Of a stretch of 64,000 bases of DNA, positions 38,047 through 47,072 are shown piece after piece; position 1 is the first letter of the stretch, and the number at the start of each line of letters is the position of its first letter. The translations under genes were made by a program, and so were the position numbers. Below the pieces are notes generated by a model, which searched no databases, was not told the origin of the DNA, and saw only the letters and a program-made list of their open reading frames with translations. Origin of the DNA: a virus (taxonomy: Duplodnaviria > Caudoviricetes); the IMG/VR virus record IMGVR_UViG_3300027971_000001. The stretch is one strand, 5' to 3'.

Positions 38047-38894
38047 AAAAGACAGTCATTCTTTGTGATTTTGATTTGGATGGAGCAGGATGCTGTCTTG
38101 TAGCCAAATGGTCTTCACCTAATCAACAATATGATATTATACCTACAAATGAAGATGAATTGTCTCAACATTTAAAGAACAGCGATCCCAGAATTCCTTT
38201 GATTGTTTGTGATATGACATTTAATCAAAAACATGTGGATATAGCAGATAGACCGAATGTGCTTTTTGTTCATCATCATGATTTACCTGAACAGATAACT
38301 TCAAAAAATTGTAAGATAATTTCCAAGCAGGAAACATCCTGTACAAAATTATTTGCCGATCTTTTAAAAACACCATTATCGGATGAAAAGAAAAAATTGA
38401 TAGAGTATATTGATGATTACGACAGTTATAATTTAAAATATAAAAAATCTTTATTCCTAAACATGGTATTCTGGTCTTTTACAGGAAACAAATTGGAAAA
38501 ATTTATCACTGCTTTTGAGCAAGGAGATAGAGATTTTAACGATACAGAAAAAAATATGATACGGATTTATGCATCAAAAATGGTTGAAGCCGTTCAAAAT
38601 TCCGAACCACATGTTCTTAAAACAAAAAATTTTAATATAATAATTTTTTATGCTGATTTTGCAATAAATGAACTTTGTGCGGAATTTTGCAAAAAATATG
38701 ATTCTGATGCAGCCATAAGCATAAACAAAAATACACTTTCAGCTTGCATAAGAATCAATCGAAAGAAAGAAACCAATTTCGATTGTGGTGTTTTTGCAAA
38801 AATATTCATGGATGGACATGGATATAAAAACTTTGCTTCTGGTAAAATTATAGATAAATTTGTTGATTTATCAATCAAATTCACTAAGATCTGA
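38043..38894 (+). CDS. DHH-family phosphoesterase-like protein
   Basis: DFDLDGAGC, HHD, DDYD, GHG. Confidence 0.7.
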   Translation: MKKTVILCDFDLDGAGCCLVAKWSSPNQQYDIIPTNEDELSQHLKNSDPRIPLIVCDMTFNQKHVDIADRPNVLFVHHHDLPEQITSKNCKIISKQETSCTKLFADLLKTPLSDEKKKLIEYIDDYDSYNLKYKKSLFLNMVFWSFTGNKLEKFITAFEQGDRDFNDTEKNMIRIYASKMVEAVQNSEPHVLKTKNFNIIIFYADFAINELCAEFCKKYDSDAAISINKNTLSACIRINRKKETNFDCGVFAKIFMDGHGYKNFASGKIIDKFVDLSIKFTKI

Positions 38895-38895
38895 T

Positions 38896-39168
38896 ATGGA
38901 AAAGACTATTACAGATAAAGAGACCGAATATTACTTTCTTTGTTTCTGTAGTCTAATGTGTATTTTGGCAGAAAAGAAGCTGAATCTTCCCAATGTCTTC
39001 ATAGCATTTTTAAAAAATAAAAATTATCGCCAACTTTTCAAACAAATGTTGAATGTTGAAACTGATCATGAATGTGTTAAAATTTTTATAAATTTCGATC
39101 CAAATTTACACAAATCAAAATACATAACTAAGTTTTTAAATAAAAATAAAAAATTGAACCTTTCGTGA
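38896..39168 (+). CDS. Hypothetical protein (occupies the position of T4 gp33)
   Basis: ORF; synteny only. Confidence 0.5.
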   Translation: MEKTITDKETEYYFLCFCSLMCILAEKKLNLPNVFIAFLKNKNYRQLFKQMLNVETDHECVKIFINFDPNLHKSKYITKFLNKNKKLNLS

Positions 39169-39794
39169 AACACGATTTGTTGGATATTTACAATTCCTTT
39201 ATCAAGGCATATCGGACTGCAAATTCTGCACCATTCCGGTACAGAAAAACATATGAAACTCTTCCACAAGAGGTAAAAAACAAGGTTGAAAGAATCAAGC
39301 TGTTTTTTGATTCTTATGAAATAAATGTGGATAATTTTTTTGAAGCTCCTTATTTTTTATACAAGGACACAAAATATTTTGCGTTTGATTATTATCTTTC
39401 AAGAAAAGCGGTAAAAAGTTACAGTGATTTTGAAAAGGAAATATTAATGATGGGACCAGATCATATCCGCAATCTTGTTAAAATAAAAAATTCTGCATTG
39501 TTTTTAAAGAAGTTTTTAAAAATTGAAGGAATATCTTTTGCAGAATACCTAAACAATAAAAAAGAAAAAGTTCCTTCATTTGTGACACATTTAAAAAATA
39601 GAAATGTTTCAATTTATTTTTTGATGGGTTTAGAAGGTTTTGAAAAAGCTTTTTTTGCTTTTGATTCCAATCTTTTAAAATTCATAATACCAGACATTTA
39701 TGAAAATTATGAATTATATAATAAAAAGTTTCTTACTAGCCAAAATGCCAGAATTTTGGTAAAAAGTATTTTAAATAAAAAGATTCTGAGTTGA
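39165..39794 (+). CDS. Putative helicase loader, gp59-like
   Basis: 209 aa, aromatic-rich helical, directly upstream of gp32 as in T4; weak resemblance only. Confidence 0.5.
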   Translation: MKHDLLDIYNSFIKAYRTANSAPFRYRKTYETLPQEVKNKVERIKLFFDSYEINVDNFFEAPYFLYKDTKYFAFDYYLSRKAVKSYSDFEKEILMMGPDHIRNLVKIKNSALFLKKFLKIEGISFAEYLNNKKEKVPSFVTHLKNRNVSIYFLMGLEGFEKAFFAFDSNLLKFIIPDIYENYELYNKKFLTSQNARILVKSILNKKILS

Positions 39795-39817
39795 CATCTT
39801 AATTTGTATGTTAAGAT
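39791..39817 (+). promoter_or_regulatory. Host sigma70-type extended -10 promoter overlapping a 7-bp inverted repeat, upstream of gp32
   Basis: TTGACA 39791-39796; TGnTAAGAT 39809-39817; ATCTTAA/TTAAGAT inverted repeat. Confidence 0.5.
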
Positions 39818-39823
39818 AAGTTC

Positions 39824-40702
39824 ATGAGTAAATTCACATCATCTATGTTTGAAACGCTGAAGGAATCCCTTACAAAGAAGGGTGAAAATAACAGCGGATT
39901 ATATAAAAATATTCTGAAACTGGAACCAGGAAACACATATAGTGTTCGTTTGATTCCTAATTTGAAGGATGCCAAAAAGACATTCTTTCATCATGTTCAA
40001 CATGGTTGGACAAGTTTCGCAACAGGTCAATATGTCAGTGCCCTTTCCCCGACTACATGGGGCGAAGTTGATCCTATTGGCCAAACTCGTTATAAGCTTC
40101 TTTATAAGAGCAATAATGATGCTGACAAGGTAAAGGGAGCAGAAATCAAGCGTACTGAAAGATGGCTTGCAAATGTTTTGGTTGTTGATGATCCTATTAA
40201 CAAAAGCAACAATGGGAAAGTAATGATTTTGAAGTTTGGCAAACAGCTTCATAAGATCGTTATGGATGCAATGTCCGGTGAAGAAAGTGAAGATTTTGGT
40301 GACAAAATTTTTGATCTTTCTGAAAAAGGTTGCAATCTAAAGATCAAAGTGGAAAAGCAGGGGGATTTCCCGAATTATAGTAGCAGTAGATTCACCTCTC
40401 CAAAAGAAATTGAAGGATTGGATGAAAAGGCTCAAGAAAAAATCTATGAAAGTGGTTTTGACTTGGAAAGTGTTTATCAAAAGAAAACACAAGATGAGCT
40501 TCAGAAACTTTTGGAAGAACATTTCTTCTGTAACGTTTCTGTAACTCCTCCTTCATCTAAAAAGGCGGTTGCTGCTGAAAAGAGCAGCGATCTTGTGGAG
40601 CAGAAAACACAGTTGAAATCCAGCATTGGTGGTAAAAAAGCCGATGATAAAGAGGAAGATTTGATCAAGGATCTTCTTGAAGGTCTGGAAACATCTGAAT
40701 GA
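39824..40702 (+). CDS. gp32: Single-stranded DNA-binding protein
   Basis: VRLIP, WLANVLVVDDP..NNGKVMILKFGK, IFDL..GCNLKIK, NYSSSRF, acidic tail. Confidence 0.93.
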   Translation: MSKFTSSMFETLKESLTKKGENNSGLYKNILKLEPGNTYSVRLIPNLKDAKKTFFHHVQHGWTSFATGQYVSALSPTTWGEVDPIGQTRYKLLYKSNNDADKVKGAEIKRTERWLANVLVVDDPINKSNNGKVMILKFGKQLHKIVMDAMSGEESEDFGDKIFDLSEKGCNLKIKVEKQGDFPNYSSSRFTSPKEIEGLDEKAQEKIYESGFDLESVYQKKTQDELQKLLEEHFFCNVSVTPPSSKKAVAAEKSSDLVEQKTQLKSSIGGKKADDKEEDLIKDLLEGLETSE

Positions 40703-41142
40703 GCCACATTCAAGATCCACAAATAGCTAATATTGTTTATAATTTTTTGGGCAATACACTTGCTCAATTAAATGAAATAGACAAGCATAATGTAGGAGGA
40801 AGTAGTTTAAAGGCTTTAAAAACAGATCCTAAGAATGTTTTTAGGGTAAATTCTGATCAAGGCATGAGTTTATTGCCATCAGAACCTTCTAATTTAACTC
40901 CACCTGTAATTCAACAACCACAGGCACCAGTTATTCCTCAAGCTACAGTTCCGGCAGCTCCTGCTGTCAATGTAGTAAATGCAGGATTGAATGTTTCGGC
41001 ACCAGTTCCTGTTCAAGAAACAATTCAACAAGTTATCCATTTTACAAATGGACCCAAACTGATTCCTGAGTTTGATAAGATTATATCAGCTTTAACCAAT
41101 ATTAAGAATATATTAAATGAATCGGTTCACGATAGAAAATAA
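40699..41142 (+). CDS. Hypothetical protein with P/Q/A-rich linker
   Basis: ORF coupled to gp32 by an ATGA overlap. Confidence 0.6.
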   Translation: MSHIQDPQIANIVYNFLGNTLAQLNEIDKHNVGGSSLKALKTDPKNVFRVNSDQGMSLLPSEPSNLTPPVIQQPQAPVIPQATVPAAPAVNVVNAGLNVSAPVPVQETIQQVIHFTNGPKLIPEFDKIISALTNIKNILNESVHDRK

Positions 41143-41851
41143 GAACAAATTCTGTCGATATTTTCTTGAACCGCTTCTGAAACTGAATCCGAAGTGTGTT
41201 CTTAAAATAGAACCAGACAAAGTTCAGGCAAAAAGCAGTTATCCGGATGGTTCACTTTTTTTGGAAGCATCATCCAGTATTGATACTGATATTAAAGATC
41301 AGAAAGAACTGGCATTTATTGATCTTTCTAGATTCATTAAGACTCTTGATTTTGTGCAAAAAGATGTGGTCAGTTTTAAACTGGATCAGAATTATCTTTC
41401 ATACAAGGACACAACAAATCATTTTACAATGCAAATGTATGATACCAAGGTTGTGCCAAAACCCCGTTTAAGTTTTGAAAAAATAAATGCCCTTCCTTTT
41501 AATTTGGATATTGTTTTAAATACTGATGTTTTTTTTGAAATAATTAAGGCGAGTGGAATATATCCAGATTTAAATAAATTATATTTTGTTTTTGCAAATA
41601 ATACCCTAAAGATTGAACTTTCCGACAAAACAAAAAATCAGTGTGATGGATTTACCCGTACTATTGAGAACATCGCATCTGTGGATGGTGGTTTGGATTT
41701 TATTCTTCCGCTGGAACCCTTAAGAATTATTTTGGCAAATAAGATGGAAAAATTACAATTTCGCTTCCATAAAGCAAGCAGCCTAGTAAATCTAATATAT
41801 GAAAATGATGGAATCAAAATGTCTTATGTCATACCATGCCTAATCAAATGA
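41117..41851 (+). CDS. gp45: Sliding clamp
   Basis: 244 aa two-domain beta/alpha pattern (LAFIDLSRFIKTL) inside the replication module. Confidence 0.7.
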   Translation: MNRFTIENKNKFCRYFLEPLLKLNPKCVLKIEPDKVQAKSSYPDGSLFLEASSSIDTDIKDQKELAFIDLSRFIKTLDFVQKDVVSFKLDQNYLSYKDTTNHFTMQMYDTKVVPKPRLSFEKINALPFNLDIVLNTDVFFEIIKASGIYPDLNKLYFVFANNTLKIELSDKTKNQCDGFTRTIENIASVDGGLDFILPLEPLRIILANKMEKLQFRFHKASSLVNLIYENDGIKMSYVIPCLIK

Positions 41852-42261
41852 ATACATCAAACAAAAAAAGAATAAGCAAAAACAAAGTTCGTACACCCAG
41901 TTATTTCATCAAGCGTCTCCGTGACAACGGATTCATTGTATGGAAACTGTTCCAGGAATATGCAAAAACAGATCCTCGTCTTTGGACCATCATTGTTGAT
42001 CCTTCTAACAGCAGTATTTTTATCACCTGTTATCAGAACAAGGATTTCAACGGAGATATCATGTTTGAAATAAATGATGGCGGAATTCGTTTCGTGAAGA
42101 ACTTCAGCCTGAGAACAGACAGCATTGAAAGTGTAATTCTTTTGCTTCTTGAAAAGAACATTGGCAATAATGCTAAAAATAGTAGATTTTTCAAAAAGAT
42201 GGTAAATAGTTCAAGTGAAAAGCCCTCGGAAGAAAAACAACAAGAACTCAACCTCGTCTAA
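41848..42261 (+). CDS. Hypothetical protein
   Basis: ATGA overlap with the clamp gene; YFIKRLRDNG motif. Confidence 0.6.
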   Translation: MNTSNKKRISKNKVRTPSYFIKRLRDNGFIVWKLFQEYAKTDPRLWTIIVDPSNSSIFITCYQNKDFNGDIMFEINDGGIRFVKNFSLRTDSIESVILLLLEKNIGNNAKNSRFFKKMVNSSSEKPSEEKQQELNLV

Positions 42262-42577
42262 TTCTCTTTCTGCAAAACAGCCGACGAAATCAGTATCGGC
42301 AGAGAATATCGAAGGATTGATCAAAAGCACGTTGCACAATTATCTGCAACAAAAGATTAATTTAAAAACAGAAAGATCTGCTGATCTTACACATCTGGAC
42401 AGCATCATCAGCGAATATTTGGATTGTTTTATTATTATCGGATATGACATGGCAAATAGTCAGGTGAATTTTATCCATGCAAAAGATCAAAAAGATGCGG
42501 ATGCATTAAGCGCAGCAATCAATCGTTTCTTTTATCAGTCACAAAACAATATCAAACCAAAAAACAACGATGATTAA
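42215..42577 (+). CDS. Hypothetical late protein
   Basis: TAAATA 6 nt before the GTG. Confidence 0.55.
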   Translation: MKSPRKKNNKNSTSSNSLSAKQPTKSVSAENIEGLIKSTLHNYLQQKINLKTERSADLTHLDSIISEYLDCFIIIGYDMANSQVNFIHAKDQKDADALSAAINRFFYQSQNNIKPKNNDD

Positions 42578-43460
42578 TAATGCTCTTATCCTCGGAGGAG
42601 GATTTGTAGGAAAAAATATGGCAGCCAAACTGAAAAGTTTGGGTAATGTAAAAACCGTGGACATGGTTCGCCGGGAATTCTTAGATTATACACAACCAGA
42701 AAAACTCCGGGAATATCTGGAAAAAGGAAAGCCTGATTATTTGATCAATGCAGCAGGTTATACTGGATCACCAAACGTGGAAGGTTGTGAAACCAATTGG
42801 CAGGATTGTTATTTTTGGAATGTGGTTGTTCCTGTTCGTATTGCTAACATATGCAAAGAAATAGAAATCCCTTTTATTAATGTAGGAAGCGGATGCATTT
42901 ACGACAGCCAGGATAAAATTTACAGTGAATATGATATGCCTAATTTTGGAATTTTTAGCAATCGCAGCAGCTTTTACAGCAAAACCAAACATCTTTGTGA
43001 AGAAAAACTGGAAGATTATCCTGTTTACACCTTTCGTATTCGTATTCCTTACAATGACAGTTATGCAAGTAAAAACTATCTTTATAAACTTTTGAAATAT
43101 GACAATTTGATCAGCATGAAAAACAGTATCACCAGTATGAACCTTTTGAGTGAATTTACAGACTTCTTTATCAATTTGAAAGAAAAGCCCCGATATGGTG
43201 TTTATAATGTGGTGAATAATGATAGTATTCGAGGTGAAGACGTTATTCAATTGATGCGAGAAGAAGGGTTAGAAAACAAAAATTGGAAAATTCTAAGCTA
43301 TGAAGAGATGAACTTCAAAGTTAACCGAAGCAATTGCATGCTTTCGCCCATGAAAATTGAAAGTCTGGGTTATACGCCTAAAAATGTTATCGAGGATTTG
43401 AAGGAAAATATCAAAGGATTTAGTCATGCTGTCAAAGCTCTTCAAAAAGATAAGGTTTAA
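42570..43460 (+). CDS. RmlD-like / NDP-4-keto-6-deoxysugar epimerase-reductase (extended SDR)
   Basis: LGGGFVG, INAAGYTG.PNVEGCE, GSGCIY, YSKTK catalytic YxxxK. Confidence 0.85.
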   Translation: MINNALILGGGFVGKNMAAKLKSLGNVKTVDMVRREFLDYTQPEKLREYLEKGKPDYLINAAGYTGSPNVEGCETNWQDCYFWNVVVPVRIANICKEIEIPFINVGSGCIYDSQDKIYSEYDMPNFGIFSNRSSFYSKTKHLCEEKLEDYPVYTFRIRIPYNDSYASKNYLYKLLKYDNLISMKNSITSMNLLSEFTDFFINLKEKPRYGVYNVVNNDSIRGEDVIQLMREEGLENKNWKILSYEEMNFKVNRSNCMLSPMKIESLGYTPKNVIEDLKENIKGFSHAVKALQKDKV

Positions 43461-43701
43461 AACTTATAAAAAAGGTGCCTTTTTTGCAATATTAAAAGGC
43501 AAATATGCAGGTGAATTTTGGGTGGTTATAGACAGTGATGATAACGAATATCGTTTTTTGAGTTTGCCTAATCTTATTAAAAGAAATGCTCCTCTTGGAA
43601 AAGTTGATATTGGAATTAATGCTAAAATAATCGATTTTATTCAAAATCTTCCAAATAAGGTGTTTAAAGTTTGCGAATTACAGTATAAAAATATAAAATA
43701 A
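43426..43701 (+). CDS. Hypothetical protein
   Basis: ORF fills the gap; KGKYAGEFWV. Confidence 0.55.
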   Translation: MLSKLFKKIRFKTYKKGAFFAILKGKYAGEFWVVIDSDDNEYRFLSLPNLIKRNAPLGKVDIGINAKIIDFIQNLPNKVFKVCELQYKNIK

Positions 43702-43715
43702 TTATAAATAATAAT

Positions 43716-43901
43716 ATGATCAAAAACGTACCATTTGTGCAGCCCAAACCTCAAGTAAGTCCTATTTCAGGACAATTGACAAGACCTATTATTGTGGAAC
43801 GTCAAGTAGGCAAAAATGTTATGAAAGAAGCACAATGGATTGATCCTGCTTCTGGAACACTCTTTCTGCGCGGTATTGTGAGTGTAGAAGAGAAAAAATA
43901 A
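43716..43901 (+). CDS. Small late protein
   Basis: Full TATAAATA (43703-43710) 5 nt upstream. Confidence 0.65.
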   Translation: MIKNVPFVQPKPQVSPISGQLTRPIIVERQVGKNVMKEAQWIDPASGTLFLRGIVSVEEKK

Positions 43902-43910
43902 CCTTTTACC

Positions 43911-45269
43911 GTGAGTCGTGCAAGCATACTTGGAACATTGGGATTATCTGGATTTAACATCCAGGGAACAGTTCTTGTAAGCCGAGGAAGCACAGCCCAG
44001 CCAACATTCAGCGCGGCTCCAGTCACATCAGGTGTTTCTAATTTAAATTTTGACAGAAGCGGTCCTTTAACAAGAATAGCATCAAATGCCAGCACAGGCG
44101 TAGTTACACTTTCAGCAGTACCAAGCCTTACAGATCTTCAGGCAGCTGATTGGACTGATGGAAGTAACATATCAAACTGGGGTACATTGCAATCTTATCT
44201 GAGTGCAGTTGCTTATAGTAATCGAAACATTTCAGCCAGTGCTGTGACCATGCGCCTTTTTGGAACCACAAGGGGATATAGCGTTTCAATGCAAGTACAT
44301 CCCAATGGAAAAATATACATGTTTCCCGCAGATATCACACAAACCACACATGGTTATGTGATTGATCCTGAAGGTGAACGTATCATAACAACATTTTTTT
44401 ACACGAGTGGTGTAACAAGAGCAATGCTGGCACCCAATGGAAAATTCTACATGGGGGGTATATCTACTCGTCTTATTGTTCTGGATCCTAGCACCGATAC
44501 GGTTAATCAAACCATAAACACTTCACCAGTTACTTTCGGTTATCCGACCTTGGCCAGAAATGGTAAATTTTATGAAGCTGGATCTGCAATTATTGGAGTT
44601 TTTGATCCTGCAAATAATACAACCACAACTATTGCAGCACCAGCTTTTAATGCAAGTCTTAATGTTAATGGAAGCCAACTTGCTCCCAACGGAAAAATAT
44701 ACTATGCTCCTTATTTTGGCACAGTGTTTGCAGTAATTGATCCAGAAGCAGGAACAGGTGCAACTTATGGTTTTGCCGGAGGATTTTCATATGCTGGATT
44801 GCCTTCATTTAGCATGGTTTTCGAAGGAATGGTACTTGCTCCTAACGGGAAACTATATTGTATTCCTCATAATGTTCCCAGTACTAGTGGAGCTGTTACA
44901 GCAGGACCAATCGGAATTATAAATCCAGATGATAACACCACCACAACCATAGCAAGTTGGATAGGAAGTGGAACAAGCGGAGTAAATTGTCAAACTGCAT
45001 TTCTTGCTCCGAATGGAAAAATATATACAGCGCCCAATCAAGACACTTTTGTGGTTATTATAGATCCTGAAACAAATACCACTACAAAATTAATTGGAAA
45101 TACATTTGGATTTTCTTCTTTACAATCTCAAGGAGGTGTGATGCATCCGAATGGAAAAGCATTTTTTGTTCCTTATTATACTACAGCAATAGGAGTCATG
45201 TATTTCAATTTAAACAATAATTGGAATATAAATGTTTGTACCAATCCAATGTTTAACAAACAAATTTAA
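43911..45269 (+). CDS. Seven-repeat (LAPNGKIY) beta-propeller virion/receptor-binding protein, paralogue 1
   Basis: Seven [AHR]-[PR]NGK-x-[YF] repeats; shared N-domain and NNNWN..TNP.FN end. Confidence 0.7.
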   Translation: MSRASILGTLGLSGFNIQGTVLVSRGSTAQPTFSAAPVTSGVSNLNFDRSGPLTRIASNASTGVVTLSAVPSLTDLQAADWTDGSNISNWGTLQSYLSAVAYSNRNISASAVTMRLFGTTRGYSVSMQVHPNGKIYMFPADITQTTHGYVIDPEGERIITTFFYTSGVTRAMLAPNGKFYMGGISTRLIVLDPSTDTVNQTINTSPVTFGYPTLARNGKFYEAGSAIIGVFDPANNTTTTIAAPAFNASLNVNGSQLAPNGKIYYAPYFGTVFAVIDPEAGTGATYGFAGGFSYAGLPSFSMVFEGMVLAPNGKLYCIPHNVPSTSGAVTAGPIGIINPDDNTTTTIASWIGSGTSGVNCQTAFLAPNGKIYTAPNQDTFVVIIDPETNTTTKLIGNTFGFSSLQSQGGVMHPNGKAFFVPYYTTAIGVMYFNLNNNWNINVCTNPMFNKQI

Positions 45270-45281
45270 TAAATATATTAT

Positions 45282-45656
45282 ATGACAATTTACGTTGATT
45301 GCGGAACATATTACGAAACAGGCGATGCAGTGATTTGCCGCATGCGCAAAGATCAACCTTATTATCCTTTTAGTGGAGGTAGCATTACATGGGAACAATA
45401 TGTAAACCAACAAGTTGCACAAGGATTGGCTCAAGTTGTTCAACTAATCAATGATCCCACTCGTCTGGCCACTTACTGGAATGATGTAATCATCAAACGG
45501 AACGGTCTTCTTGTGGAAAGTGATTGGACACAGCTTCGCGACGTTTCCCTTGGTGATAATCCTGAATGGGTAAGTTATCGTCAGCAATTGCGTGATATTC
45601 CTCAGACATATGCCAGTGATCCTCGTTTGATTGTTTGGCCTGTTAAACCTAGCTAA
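45282..45656 (+). CDS. Tail fibre assembly chaperone-like protein
   Basis: RNGLLVESDWTQL, W..YRQQLRDIPQ, IVWPVKP. Confidence 0.8.
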   Translation: MTIYVDCGTYYETGDAVICRMRKDQPYYPFSGGSITWEQYVNQQVAQGLAQVVQLINDPTRLATYWNDVIIKRNGLLVESDWTQLRDVSLGDNPEWVSYRQQLRDIPQTYASDPRLIVWPVKPS

Positions 45657-45711
45657 ATCATATATAAATTTTGATGTTTTTCGTTAAATAATATTATATT
45701 ATTTTAACGAT

Positions 45712-47064
45712 ATGAGCAACGCATATAATCTAAGTCTTTTAGCATCAAGAAACAATCTGGGAAATGCTGGGGTTGTCTTCATCAGTCAAGGAAATGATAT
45801 TGCTCCATCTTTGGGTCCGCTAAGTGCCGGTGTTTTGAGTTTAAGTGGAATAAACCAGCTTACCAGTCAAATAGGTGTAAACAAATCAACAGGGGTTGTT
45901 ACCATATCCGCAGAACCTCATTTGTGTGAATTGGGTGTGCCAGGATGGGATAAAGGACAGCACATAACACAATGGAGCACATTGCAAAAATATCTGAGTG
46001 CAACAGCCCTAACCAATAGTACTATTCCTGCAAGTGCTGCTTTTGTTGAATATTTCGGAACTGTACCAGGATTTGGTGGGGCTCAAAATTATGAAGGAGG
46101 TACTTTGGCTCCCAACGGAAAAATATATTGTTTTCCAGAAAATGCAACAACCGCCCTACTTATAGATCCTGTAACAAATACTATAACAACATTCGGAAGT
46201 TTTCCGGGAGGATCACTTAGTAATAAATTTCAAGGATCTGTTTTGGCTCCCAACGGAAAAATATATGGAATTCCTTGTGGTAATACTGCAGGAGGAGGTG
46301 GGGCTCAATCTGTGTTTTATTTTATAGATCCGTCCACAACAACAGTTTCAGCTTTTGCAACTGTCGCCAACATTGCAGGTACAAATGCATATCAGGGAGG
46401 AATTCTTCATCCAAATGGAAAAATTTATATGACTCCCGAAGCAGGATCAGTCGTTCATTATATCGATCCACAACTTAATACTGTTGTGGCTTTTGCAACA
46501 ATTTCCTTCAACAATTTTTATGCACTTTCAAAAGCAGCATTGGCTCCTAATGGAAAAATATATTTTGGAATAAACTCCGGAAGTGTGGGACGTATTTTGG
46601 ATCCAAGTACCAACACATTTGGAACATATGCTCCAGTAGGAGGATTTCCCGCAAATCTAGCTTCAAATGGTATTACTCTTGCACCTGATGGAAAATTATA
46701 TCTTACACCGAGCAACTCAATAGCGTATCTTGTGGATCCGGATAATGATTCAGTTACATCCTATGCAACTGGTCCGTCAATAACAGGAAACATAAGCACA
46801 TTCGGAGGAAAGCTTGCTCCGAATGGAAAAATATATTTTACATCTTGGGTGGGTACATATTTTGGAGTTTTGGATCCTGAAAATCTAACAGTCACAAGAT
46901 TGGGAACAGTTGCATCTGTTGCTTATCTTGATATGGTTGTTACCCCTAATGGTAAATTGGTTTTCATACCCGCAGCGGCAACAACAGTAACAGCTTATAA
47001 TCTTCTTTTAAACAATAATTGGAATATGAATATTTGTACTAATCCTTTGTTTAACACAAATTAA
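45712..47064 (+). CDS. Seven-repeat beta-propeller protein, paralogue 2
   Basis: Seven PNGK-type repeats; same N- and C-terminal signatures. Confidence 0.7.
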   Translation: MSNAYNLSLLASRNNLGNAGVVFISQGNDIAPSLGPLSAGVLSLSGINQLTSQIGVNKSTGVVTISAEPHLCELGVPGWDKGQHITQWSTLQKYLSATALTNSTIPASAAFVEYFGTVPGFGGAQNYEGGTLAPNGKIYCFPENATTALLIDPVTNTITTFGSFPGGSLSNKFQGSVLAPNGKIYGIPCGNTAGGGGAQSVFYFIDPSTTTVSAFATVANIAGTNAYQGGILHPNGKIYMTPEAGSVVHYIDPQLNTVVAFATISFNNFYALSKAALAPNGKIYFGINSGSVGRILDPSTNTFGTYAPVGGFPANLASNGITLAPDGKLYLTPSNSIAYLVDPDNDSVTSYATGPSITGNISTFGGKLAPNGKIYFTSWVGTYFGVLDPENLTVTRLGTVASVAYLDMVVTPNGKLVFIPAAATTVTAYNLLLNNNWNMNICTNPLFNTN

Positions 47065-47072
47065 ATAAAATC

